Source of the DNA: Nageia nagi
Taxonomy: Eukaryota > Plantae > Pinophyta
NCBI GenBank assembly: GCA_050084985.1
Contig: JBITNC010000001.1
Span: forward strand, 5,580,001-5,644,000
DNA: 64,000 nucleotides
Reading direction: 5' to 3'
Shown here: piece by piece, positions 1 through 12,900 of the stretch
How positions within the stretch are numbered: the stretch's first letter is position 1
How the letters are laid out: every line of letters starts with the position of its first letter
Program-made: the position numbers and the translations under genes
The notes under the pieces: generated by a model
The model's database searches: none
What the model was told of the DNA's origin: nothing
The model's input: only the letters and a program-made list of their open reading frames with translations

Positions 1-2256
1 GGAAACAAGAATTGGTTACTTATCTTACTACCCATGATTTGGTTAATGGTGTGATTAGAAAGTGTGAATAAAAGCTTAATCCATTTATGGAGAAGACAAT
101 AGCTAAAGAAGCAATAGAAGAAAGGAGCATTTTCATTTATAAGCATAATGAAGAAACAAGTTATATTCATAATAATCAATCACACAATAGATGGGGTGAA
201 GCAAAAATTAGTGAAGAAAATATCTCATTAATATAGATGAAATTTTATAGGGATCAAACAATACTATCCAGAATTTTTGCTATGTTAATAAGAATAAATG
301 AAGAAGGAGCATTAAGGAGTTTGATATCTTGCAACAATTCATCATGTATGGCTGCATTTGAGAAAGCAAAAGGAATGGTATTTATTGAGGTATTGGGACC
401 TACCACTACAATCTTAGCACTTGGGATAAACCATGGTTATATGTCTTACTACTATAAAATTGGTTCATTGGGAGAAAGGACATAAATTTGATTTATGTCA
501 TAAAATGATGCTACATCATACAACCATAGGGGATAAAAAAAGGTTCGAGTTTGGATGCATTTGGGAGTCTTAAGGAACCAAATTTTGTAGACTCAAAGTA
601 TACTCCTTGGATAGAAGACAAAGATAAGTCAAAGTTTTTTTATTCTAGCTTTGCCTCAAAGATAACCTATGAGAAGGATGTGGAAGAGAATCATAAAGAT
701 TCTTCTACAAAAATGGATGTTTTGAATTGCTTAAGGACAAACTATTTAGGGAGGGTGGACTTGTAATGTTCCCATTTTTTAGGTTTTTTTCCCATTTCAC
801 CTCTGATAAATGGGGACATTAATTTAAGAGTGATTTTATCAATATTTATATAATTTGACCTAAATAATTTAATTTCCACATAGATACTTAATAAAGATCA
901 AATTATGGAATAAATGACCCTTTATTTATCTATCTATTTATTTTTATTTATTTTCCAAAATACCAGTTAATAATGTATTTGTGATACCAAGGTAACTATA
1001 ATTGTAAATGCAATATTAGTCTGATTAAATTAGGTGTTGCATATTTTAGCCTTGGTGATAGTAATATTGGTATTAAATGTATCTCTAGTCATTAGTGCTC
1101 CCATATTCAAGGTAGAGTATCCTCCAAAGTGATTGCATCAACTATGAGGATATTTGTAGCTCTAAGGATGAACCCAACACTTCAAGTTAGGTGTTGGTGA
1201 TCTCAATGCAAGTAAATGGTCCTCAAATATTGAAGTTGGGCATGGGAGCATCCCTAGATACCTCATTGGCTACCTAGGCACATGGATCAATGGAGTTGAT
1301 CACAAGGTGCTCCAAAATCACCCCCTCTTAGATGTTGGTTTTTCTGGGCCCTCATATATGATTACACTTATCCCAAGGATTCCCATCTTGGTCATTACAT
1401 ACATGAGCACATAGATCACATCTCTCCACTATTAGATCATCCCAATGCAAGATTAGAAGATGATCATCTACACTTATAAAATGAGAACTCATATTAATTA
1501 TGAGATATGTTGAATTTGATTATAAACCTTTTTATTTTGGATTGAGTGGAGGTTCTATATTTTCCACCTATGTGGTGATTTGCATTTGAGATATCAAAGG
1601 TAGAGAAGGATACCTTCAAACTTACTCTAGCCATATTGAGAGGAACATTGTTGGTTCTATCCTAGTTGTTACAGAGGATACCTAGTCTTGCCTCATTGCT
1701 TTTGGGATTAGTGAGGCCTAAAGCCATCCAAAGTAACCCTATAGGAGAAGTCATGGTACAAACCCCATAGGTTGATAAAAAATATTGTAATTTCTTTACT
1801 CTTACTATATTCAATACAATTACATTTTATTATCAAAATATTGTTGTCTATTTCTTTATGCTTGGACATTGGTATTGTAAGCATTTTTGTGTTGTCAAAT
1901 TGCTATTTTTCATTTTGGGTTGCAATGTTGGGTTTGGAGTGCATTTTCCATTGTTTGATTCCAATTTTGGCTCTCCAACTAGTACATTGGGCTTCTAGAG
2001 GTATTTTAGCATGATTTCTTCATCTTTTTTATTCCTGATTGATTCATTGGAATATTGAGGTATTTTACATGTTCAATTTCTTATTCTAATCTTTATAGCT
2101 ATACATTGGATTTGTGTGCGATTTTTGAATTAATCTTGCTAAAATTATCATCTATATCAAGTTGTTGAATATTTGATTCATTCTTGATCTTGTTTTGACT
2201 AGTTTGAAGGCCAAAATCCAAAGGTCCCTCTCCTAGGGAACATTTGAGGGGTGTCA
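1..2256 (+). mobile_element. 3' part of a Ty3/gypsy-type element (internal remnant 1-761 plus 3' LTR 762-~2256)
   Basis: PPT-like TAGGGAGGGTGGACT lies directly before TGTAATGTTCCC at 762. The LTR is homologous in reverse orientation to the LTRs at 2386, 7063 and 60225. Internal segment KEPNFVDSKYTPWIEDKDKS matches 28501-28580. The right boundary is approximate. Confidence 0.75.
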
Positions 2257-2385
2257 AGTGCAATCTTTATTTAAAGTTTACATATTTTTCCACCCCACCC
2301 ACCTCTACTAATATTTATAGTGTATGATTTTCACTCCTTCGTAGAGTGCTCTAAATTGGTTGCAGTGATCAATAAAGGGGGGAAA

Positions 2386-3729
2386 TGTGATGATCCTAAA
2401 TCAACATATCATGCTCAAATGTGCCCTAGGAGAGGGACATTTATTTTGTTACTATGGATCTAACCAATCAAATCTAAAATTGCAAAAATGCTCTAATGTC
2501 CAATAGTAAATGATAGAAATATAAATTCAAATCATAAAATATCTGCAAAAATTTAATGTAGCACTTAGGGAAGCAAAATAGAAACTAAACTATGAAATAA
2601 CACTTCTAATTCCAATAGCCAAGCATAAAGAGACAATAAAAACATATTGAAAACAATAATGTAATTGTATTGAGATAGCAATAGTAGAACCTAAATCACA
2701 ATATTTTTATGCCTAAGGATATTACACCAAGTTTGCCTCTAGTAGGAATTTTATGGATGGCTCCAAGGTCTCACCAATCATAGTAGTAGCAAGGTAAAGC
2801 CCAATGCTTCCCTACTTCTTTGTGATAGAACAATCAAGGTTTCTCTCACAAATGGTTAGATAAAGCTCAAGGATATCTTTCAATCACCTTAATATCTCAA
2901 ATGCATATTTATCTACAAGTGGAAAAGAAAGAGTTCTCACACTTAGTTCGATAAAAGGGGATTTAATCATAAATTCAACATATCTTATGTAATACATAAG
3001 TCCATATTATATAGGAGAGGTAGTCCATATTCTAACCTTGTGTTGATGTGGCCTAATGGTGCATAATGATAATCTATGTGCTCATGATGCTAACATCTAG
3101 GATGGAGAGCCTTGGGATGAACAAAATCACATCCAAGGGCCTATGAGGGAGATTTAGAGATACCTTAGTATTAGTGCCACACACTAGGATCATTCCAGGA
3201 GGGTGATGTGGGGATCTAGGTCTTATGGGTTTCTAATGTGGGATCTTGAATTCCACACAAGCCCAATGTCTAAAGAGGATAGCTCTTTTATACCTTGTGA
3301 TGCAAAATTCCTATTTGGATGTACCACATCCAAGCTTGGAATCTTTTATGATACCTTGTATTTTGTGTAATCACATAGGGGGATGCTCTACCTTAAAGAG
3401 GGGAGCACTAATGATGAGATTTCCATCTAATACCAATTTACAATCATCAAGGCTAAATATGCAACATCCCATTAATCAGAGACTAATATTGCATTTACAA
3501 TAACAATGACCTTGGTCTCATTAAGAAAATACTATTGACATATTAAGGAACTCATTTATACATAATGAACTAAATAAAGGTCCATCATTATATAATTAGA
3601 GCATTTAATAAAGTCTCTAAGTGGAACTTACAATATTTAGCCAAAAACTACTAGAATAGACAAAATCACTCCTAAACTAATGTTCATATTTATTAATGGG
3701 AAAACTACCATAAAAAATGGGGATTTACA
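2386..3729 (-). repeat. 3' LTR of element A
   Basis: TGTGATGATCC...GGGATTTACA on +; aligns over its full length with 7063-8416 and 60225-61515. Confidence 0.88.
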
Positions 3730-3956
3730 TGTTCGCCCTTTCAAAATGGCTTGTATCTAAGCAATTCAAAATAATTTTAGCTAAAGTAGAATCTTCATAA
3801 TCCTCCTCCTCTTCTTCTTCTTCTTAACTTTATGTTTGTTTTGATTGAGAATATTTAGACTGAATATTGTTTAGTTCCATTATTTTCTTCTTGAAGCTCT
3901 CAAGCATTCATGTTAATTATTCTTTGGAATTTCTCTCTACATCTCTTTGTTTGTCA

Positions 3957-4234
3957 TTCCCATGTTGCTTCTTCTAAAGATAGGCCCTTCCACTTAATGT
4001 GCACCTCATTGATGATCTAGTTCCTTAGTTGTTTTTTTCATTCATCAATAATTTTCTAAAGAACCCATACTAAATTTCCTTTGTATTTGATTGCAAGTAG
4101 CTTAGTTAAATTTGAATTCCTGGTTAGAGTGAGCTCCTTAAATAGGATTCATGGAATATATGATGCATTCTGGTATTGGGAGATAATAGAAGCTCATAGT
4201 GATGATTTCCCATTTCTTTTAGGATTTTGTAAAA
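3957..4234 (-). pseudogene. Decayed integrase C-terminal GPY/F (Tf2-type SH3-like) module plus chromodomain
   Basis: Manual minus-strand translation gives FYKILKEMGNHHYELLLSPNTRMHHIFHESYLR ... IIDE*KKQLRN*IINEVHIKWKGLSLEEATWE, with stops and a frameshift. This is typical of a chromovirus Pol tail. Confidence 0.75.
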
Positions 4235-7062
4235 TTCATAATAATGTACTATGTGTCTTTATTCTCTTTTTTTTTATTTGGTTACATCATGTATGGTTGC
4301 ATGGTAATGTATGTATGATCTTCTATTTTGAATTCCCTACCCTTGATTGATGGTATCGAGTAACCCTATGAGTCCTCCTGTACGGCCTATGTTTGCTGGT
4401 GTAAAGAATTTATTCCAAACAATTTTGTACTTGCATTTTCCTTCTCATGTATGTTAAGAAGTGTTGTTGTGGGTTGTTCTTGATCAACTTTATGAGGGTT
4501 TGGATCTTCCTTATTATTCCCCATGGTATAAGTTGTTGGTGCTTTCTCCAAAGGATTAGAGAATGTTGCATGCATATCCTTAGTAGACTCTTTATGCTCC
4601 AACACTTATAGAATAGTTTTCCTTTGATTTACCTTCACTTATGCCTCCATTTTGGTGATAAAATCTCCTAATTTCACCCTATCACTTGCCATGTTTAGGT
4701 ATAATTATCTGGTGTTGCTGAATTCTTCCAAAATTGTTTGTAGATATGGATAAGAGAAAGTTCCCTCAAAATATATTTCCTTCTCAAGTATCATTAGAGC
4801 ATCATGCAATTGAATTTATCATTTCCTCTCTTATTGTTGTTCTACCATTAAGTTATATTTCCATTCAATTGGGTCTATGTCTCCCCATTTTGTTACAATG
4901 GTTACCTCATTTCCTTTTCCTTGTCCTTTTCCTTTTGGGGAAACTGGTGGGGTAATGACTTATGTGTCTTTAGTTTCATTTTGGTTGGGAATATCTTGGG
5001 TTTATGTGCTTATTTTACCTTGTGATTTAGTGATACCAATTTCATTAGGTCCTTATGCACAATGATATCTAAAAATGTCCTGAAATATACTACCTTTTTA
5101 TAATTTTTAGAATTCCTTTGATATTCTATAAGTAGTTTATCCAATTCTATAACTTTGAAATTTATCACTATTATTACCTTGGGTGATTCCTTCCTTATGT
5201 TGGTGATCATGTGATTACATAAGTTTAGTACTTTTTCTAGTTTCTATTCAGTTTCTCTACCCCATACTACCATGGTGGAAGTATCTCCTTGATAAAGTTT
5301 TCAATGGCCCAATGGATGTCTTAGGTTTTTTTCAATGTGCCAACAATTTGCTAGATAGCACCTTGTGAATCTTCAAGCTTCCTAGATACTCAACATAGAT
5401 AACCTTATATGTTTAGTCAACATTTGTTAACTCTCTAGTCTCCTTGAATGCCAATGTCTAGTTTTGGGGTTCCAAAATATAGTGAACTTTTCTTTCTATG
5501 CTTGCATCTTGTATTCTCTCCAAAATTCAATTTTTTGAGCATAATAAAATATTGAAATAAAAAATAACACCTTATTACTCCTAATTTTAATTTGGTTGTC
5601 TAATTAAAAATAAAATTCCTTATTATTCCTAACTTAAATCAAAATAAATTCTATAAAATAAAATATTTTTCCCCTTCTATTTTATTATTTTCTCTTATTC
5701 CTCTTAAAAATAAAATAAATATTTTTTCTTTTTTTTACCTTATAAATACTTAAAATAAATAATATTAAAAATGCAAATTAACTCAAACCTGGATTTTAAT
5801 TCCTTCCATGGTAAAATGAATTGATCATGTTGCAAAATCTCAAACTTGTGGGTTATGGGCCTAAGAACTAACTCTAAATCAGCCTATGCCTTCTTTCAAG
5901 CTCAACATTCACACAAAAATTAAAGATGATGTAGAATTGATTCTAAAATTTATTAGTATGTAAATATCTCAGACATCCAAGCTCAAATGGATGACTTTTG
6001 CAAACTCAGTAAATTGAGCCTTCTCAACACCCAACATCTCAATTCCAGCTACTAGATCTTGGAAACTTTTGTAGGAATGACCCAATGTCTCCCTTTAAGC
6101 CTCCATAATGTATATATCAATATGTAAATGTATTAAATTTAATAATTTGACTTTTCCTATAGCTCAACATCCTCTTTCCAATGACTCTAAACTCCAAAAT
6201 TCTTAAAAATTATGGTCAAAATACCAAACAAACTTGCACAAGCTCTTGGAATCTAGATTACATTATGAAAATGTGTCAATACCTATAATTGGATAATACT
6301 ATGATGCATTCATTTGAATTAGCCTCAAAATACCAATGTACTCCTAAGTATAGCTTCAAAATGTAGAATGATCCTAAAAAAACACCCTTAATATACCAAC
6401 TTCTACCTAAGAATGGATTCAAAATACAAAGTGAACCTCTAATTTTACCTTAGTATATCAACATCATCCTCAATATGATCAAATGACCTCAGATAGAGGC
6501 CTCTTAAGCCTAGATGAACCTCCCTTTAGCTCCTTGAACCTTAGATCCAAGCAAACAAACCTCAAACATAATGCATAATATCAAAATTTGTAAAAATAAC
6601 CACTCACCAAATCAAATGTTCCTCCTTGAAGCCCCCAAACTTGAAATTATGGTCAAAACAAGTTTAATGAACAGCCAAAAAGGTGAGATCTATCCTTCAT
6701 ACCTATAATGTTTGACTCCCAATGCCCAAATCTAATAAATTCACTACTAGAACATCAATGTTTATCTTTCAAGAATAGAATGCTTTAGATATCCTTAATT
6801 TTTTGAAAACATGGTGATCTCAGGTTAATACCACTATGAAACTTGTTCTAGCTTTTCTATCAAGATGATAAGATCTCATGTTAATACCACTATGAAACTT
6901 ATCCTTTCTTACCTGATAGAAAAGGGCAAGTTCACCTCACCAAATGAAACCACTATGATATCATTGTGATCAATGAATTGGTATCTCCTTCAACCTAGCT
7001 TATAAATTCTTTGTGTTATCCTCAATTCCTGCAGGATGGCAAAATCAAGGTCAAGATACCAC

Positions 7063-8416
7063 TATGATGATCCCAAATTGGTGGATCATGCTCAAACATG
7101 CACTAGGATAGGGACATTTGGTTTCTTGCTTTGGATATGGCCAATAAAATCCAAAATTACAAAAACACTCCAACATATAGTAGTAAATGATACAAATATA
7201 AATTCAAACCACAATATATCTCCATAAACTCAACATAGCACTTAAGGAAGAAAAAAAGAAACTAAATTATGAAATAACACTTCTAATTCCAACATTAAAG
7301 CATAAAGAGATGATAATAGCATATTGATAATAATAATATAATTGTATTGAGATAGTAATGGTAAAATCATAATTACAATATTTTTATGCCTAAGGATATT
7401 ACACCAAGGTTACCTCCAATAGGGGTTTTTTTGGATGGCTCTAGGGCCTCACCAATCATAGCAATAGTAAGGCCAAGCCTAGGGATTTTCAACTTCTCTA
7501 TGATGAAATAATCAAGGTTCCTCTCTCAATTAGTTGGAGTAATCTTAAGGTTATCCTTCGATCACCTTAAGACCTCGAATACAAATTGATCCATAAGTGT
7601 TAAAGAAAGATTTCTTACACTCAATCCGATAAAAGGGATTTTAATCATAAATTTAGCATATATTATGTAATCCATAAGTACATTTTATATAGGAGAGGTA
7701 ATCCATTTTTTAATTTTGTGTTGAGATGATCTAACAGTACATAATGATGATCTATGTGCTCATGATGCTAATGTCCAAGATGGAGAGCCTTGGAATGAAC
7801 AAAATCACATCGAAGGGCCTATATACATAATGTTAGAATGAGATGGTCTTATAAGTGCCTCGATGTTAATGCCATGCGATAGGATCTTGCCAGGAGGGTG
7901 AAGTGGGGATTTGGGTTATCTATATGCCAAATGTGGGGTCTTGAATTCCACACAAGCCCAATGTCTAGGGAGGATAGCTCTTTAATATCTCATGATGTTA
8001 AATTCCTCTCTAGATGTACCATGTCCAAGCTTAGAAGCCTTTATGATACCTCACAGTTTGTGTAATCACATAGGGGGATGCTCTACCTTGAAGAGGGGAG
8101 CATTAATGATGAGAGGTCCATCTAATACCAATTTATAATCATCAAGGCTAAATATGCAACATACCAGTAATTGGAGACTAATATTGCATTTACAATAATA
8201 ATGACCTTGGTATAATTAATACAATAGTATTGGCATATTACGTTACTCAACTATACATAATGAACTAAATAAAGGTTGATCATTCCATAATTAGAGAATT
8301 TAACTAAGTCTCTAAGTGAAACTTACAATATTTAGTAAAAATAACTAAAATAGACAAATCAATCCTAAACTAATGGTGAAATGGGAAAAAAACATCATAA
8401 AAATTGGGATATTATA
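7063..8416 (-). repeat. 5' LTR of element A
   Basis: TATGATGATCCC...GGGATATTATA on +, with terminal dinucleotides eroded by transitions; adjacent to the PBS. Confidence 0.88.
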
Positions 8417-8421
8417 GAAAA

Positions 8422-9950
8422 ATGTATACAAAATCATGATATGGGTAGATAAGGGTAAGACCTTCCCTATAACCACAATTCCCAAGCCCTCTATTAGTGG
8501 CCTCATCGCTACTATCATTTGGTTGGTATTCCTCCTCACATAATGTTTTCATAATCCCTTTCATGTATTAAGAGGGAATGAGAATAAGATATATGATATG
8601 CCAAAATGGGAACCTACTTTACATTGAGATTATCACCTAAAGATATCAAGCTCGAGGTAGTCATACCAAAGAGAATTGCTCAAGTACAGAAGAAGAATAC
8701 AAAACCTAGTAGATGAATTCATCCTAATAGATGAGAGATCAAAATTAATTAATTGCAAGAGTCTTAACCAAATGAAATTAGCACCAAAATTATCTATGAT
8801 TGAAAAATAAGCAAATCACCAAGAAGGCTCTAAGGTTGGTAGTGATGTTAGCATACAGACATAAGTTTAAAAAGCATTGAGGCTAGAAACCTTGATCAAA
8901 TGGCATCAACATATAAAGCAATTGAGTGCCAAAAAACCAAATAAATAAGAAAATATCGATCAATCCTTGTACGTAATATCAACTAATCAAAGAAATGAGT
9001 CTTTCAACTAAGGCTAGTGATTTTGAGGTAATAACATCATTTGTTCTAGTTATTATCACCAACAAGAGACTACTAATAGATCACTACAAAGAAAAAGGCA
9101 TGCGAGGATATAGCTAATCTAAATAAGGTACTATAAATACTTTGTATGCAAAAGAGGCTATGGAGTGTTAATAGTAGTGTTGATAATCTCAAGAGATCCA
9201 ACGATAGTAAAGTTGAAGTATCAATTGATCAACCATTCCTAACAAAGATCCTAAAGTGACTTGAAGATCAAATTGTAATACATCTCAAGCAGTCCCAGGT
9301 TTTTAGTTCATGCATATAGCATGAGGCAATGATACTCTAAGTAATAAGGGGGGTATGCAAGGTTCCCAGATTAGAAGATCATTCATCCAGTAATGCTTGC
9401 AAGGCAAGTGCATGCACAATAAGTTTAGTTGCACTACTAAACATAATCATCATTCTAAATATGAAGGTTGTGCATGAAGAGAAAATTATGAGTCAATTAA
9501 ATCATGCATGAAGCGTGAAGAAGGTACTCTAGTGATCTTGGGAGATAGTTAAGTATCTTGAAATATATCTGATTTTCAAGAGCATGATTTCCTATTTTGT
9601 GTAGTAGCATAAGAGTTAGTATAAGCATTAATAGATTTTAGAATTGGTTTTTATATTTTGAAGTGATTGTCTCATCTATTACAACTAGAGATCTTGATAA
9701 TGTAATAAAGAGGAGGATTACTTGGCATTTACCCTCCATAATAGAAGAACCCTTATTTTCATTGAAATTGAGTTTGATTATGTTTACTCTTTCATTTTAA
9801 TTCTTTTATTTTGTGATACTTAAATGAAATAATTTGATAGATTTTTATTATATCCTGGATGATGGTGGTTGATGTGTTAGTAGTTGTTATGCCTAGCTCT
9901 CTTATTGTGGATATGTGGTTTTGTATTAATCTATGGTTGTGATTTAGGTG
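8422..9950 (+). mobile_element. Probable older LTR-element remnant into which element A inserted
   Basis: Removing element A joins PPT-like AAAGGGGGGAAA (~2374-2385) to ATGTATAC. TATA-like CTATAAATAC at 9131. No partner copy in the window; right boundary guessed. Confidence 0.3.
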
Positions 9951-12900
9951 TCCTTCTCATGGTTTTGATTTAATCTACTAGAAGCCTATGTTAGCCCCAT
10001 TTTCCACCATTTACCAATACTTTCTTGTATCCTTATGCTTCCCTAAGTACCAGACTCTTTTTGATGCCTTGTTCCTCTCTTTCATGTAACTTTTGATCTT
10101 GACAAAAGGGCTCTCCATGCCTATTAGAGCAAGTTATGACCTGAAAAAATTAGAATTAAACTATGAATTCCCCATTCCATAGTTTGCATCTTTGTTTTTA
10201 AAGCAACATCCTCATGGGATTTACCACTTTGTTTGTGACTTGTTCATCTCAAGATTGGGGGGTTATTTGTTTAATCTAAGAAGACAATTAGCTTATCTAA
10301 GAGATATTTTTCTTTTATAGGATCTATTACTCTATTTTTGAGATTTTAGTTCCCACAGAGAGTAGTTCATCTATGTACTGACCTGTAAAATTGAAGGTTG
10401 AATCCTATCCATCTAATGTCAGCTCTTGTGATTTTGACTTGGTGCATCTTGCATCATATAGATCAACAAGTACAAAAAAAAGTAACAATAATAGTAATTA
10501 ACTTATTATTTGTAATGATCCCATTTTTATGGTGGTTTCCCAATTTAAACTTTAATAAAATGGGAACATTAACTTAGGAGTGTTTTTATTTAATTTTAGC
10601 AATTTAGTGGATATTTAACCCAATTATAATAAGTTCCACTTAGAGATTAATTAATCACTCTAATTATGGGATGTTGGGGCCTATTTTAGCTTGTTATGTA
10701 TTATTTTATATTTAATTATGCCAATAATTATGTAATTAAGATACCAAGTCTAATTATTAATTGTAAATGCAATATGAGTCACCTAATTTGGGACGTTGTA
10801 TATTTAGAGCCTTGATGAATGTACATTGGCATTAATGGGCCTCTATTGTATTAATTTCTCCCCTTTCAAGGTAGAGCATGCACCAAGGTGATTTAACCTA
10901 TCTTGAGGTACTAAGAAGACATCCTAGCTTGGACATGGTATCTCAAGGAGTTATTTAGCATATCAAGGCATGAAAAGGCTTCTCCACTTGGAAATTGGGC
11001 TCTTGAAGAGGTTTGGGTTATTTGATGAGTAATTAGGCATCTCTAAATACCCATTATCATCCTTGGAGGCTCTCTAACATGTGGAATTGATACCGAGGTG
11101 TTTGGAAGTCCTCAATAACTCAACATTGGCAATATATATCCTTGTATGTGATTACTCTCATCCTAAGGCATCTTGTCTTGGGAATTGGATATGTGAGTAC
11201 ACAAATCACCCTTGCATACCATTGGATTAATCACAATGCATAATTAGAAGATAAGTTAACTATCCTATTTAAGAAGGAATCTTGGAATACCAAAGACATG
11301 ATTTGATTATTATTATTTCTTCTTCTTGGTTGGAACTCTACTCTTCTTGGATTCCACTTCTTAAACTAAGGTACCTATACCAAGGTGCAGTACAAGCCTT
11401 ACATGGGCATACACTTGGGGATTGGCACAATCCAAGTTGAAAATTAGCTATCTTAAGGTGTTGGCATTATCCTTGAATTATCATAATATTGCTAGTATAT
11501 CTTTTTGATCCCACCATAGTTGTTGGAGGAGGAGGCTTTGGTGCAAGCCTTACAACATTATAGATTTCAATCTTGGTGCATCAATCTTCTTTGGTTAATA
11601 TTTGCAATTGTGATACTATCACTTCCATTATTCAAATACAATTACATGTTGGCAATTATATTAGTATTTGCTTATTGTTTGTGGTAATAATCTCTCATTA
11701 CTTGGATGTTATATATTTAGTGCATGATTGATCTATTTACATGAGATTCGACCTACATAATTGCTACCTTGGATATGTACCTGTTATTGCTCAAGATATT
11801 CTTAATTTTCATGATTGATCTATTTAGATTTAGATGTTGGATTTATTAAGGGTTTTTGGCATTGTTGGTGAACTCAATTATTGGACATTGGATTACTTTC
11901 ATTATTTTAAGCTTAATTAATGAAATCCAAAGCTTTGGAGACAATGTCCCTCTCCTAAGTTATGATTGATAGTTTTGTATTATTATTGGGATTTTGGATT
12001 GAGGGATTTGCATGAAATCCTAAGTGAGCCCATTTTAGGCTCATCAAAGTGGTATTAGAGCTAATATCATGTCATCCTATTGGCTAAGATCTTGAGGAGA
12101 ATTCAAACAAGATTATTTGGAGCTAATCCTAAATAAGTTTGAAGGATATATATTCATCCTTTTGGAGAGAAATTGTTGAATAAGATCTTTTCATCCTACT
12201 AGAAGATCTTAAATACTAAGGAGAGGAGAGTTGAAGGAATCTAACATTACATCATAATGGTATTATACTAGAGTTATAGTGCTATTAAGAAAAGTGAAGT
12301 ACTAAGAAGATTTTGAGGCAAAAAGAAAATTCTAACACTTGGATTTGGTTTATTTGGATACTAGGAGACTAACATTGAACTTTGTACATCATTTTTGTTG
12401 GATCTAAACACTAGGAGGCCAACATTGGAGGTATAAGAGATTTAATCTCATCTTTTAGGCAATTAATTGGACCTAATTTGATCATTTTTTAATTTTCAAG
12501 GATCATAAGGAGATCATATATCTTAGTGAGTAACAATTTTTGAAATTTACATCTATTCCATCAAGTTTAAGGTTTATTTTTCATAGATATGAGTTTTGAG
12601 AAGAAACTAGTAGTAATTTTAGGTTAAGGAAGCCTTAGATATTCTTAAAACCAACATTATGAAAATCATTCAATAATTTTTAAGCTCATTTTCAAGTTTA
12701 GAGGCTATTTGGAGTATTGTTAGGCTATAATGAGAGTCAAATTACAAAATTTGATACATTTTTACTATGATATATGCATGTTAAAGGCATAAGAAGGATC
12801 ATTGGGCATTAAGAAAGATTAATTTGATTTGGATATAAGAAATTTGATCATTGAAGCTTGGATGTTTGATATTTTAGAAGATAGCATTCATAATTTACAT

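Larger units (their letters stand above)
2386..8416 (-). mobile_element. Non-autonomous Ty3/gypsy (chromovirus-derived) element A, ~6.0 kb
   Basis: LTR pair 7063-8416 (5') and 2386-3729 (3'). Degenerate PBS-Met (GATACCA on +, 7055-7061). PPT at ~3730-3745. Near-TSD GGAAA/GAAAA. The 3.3 kb internal region has no RT/RH/INT core. Confidence 0.85.
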
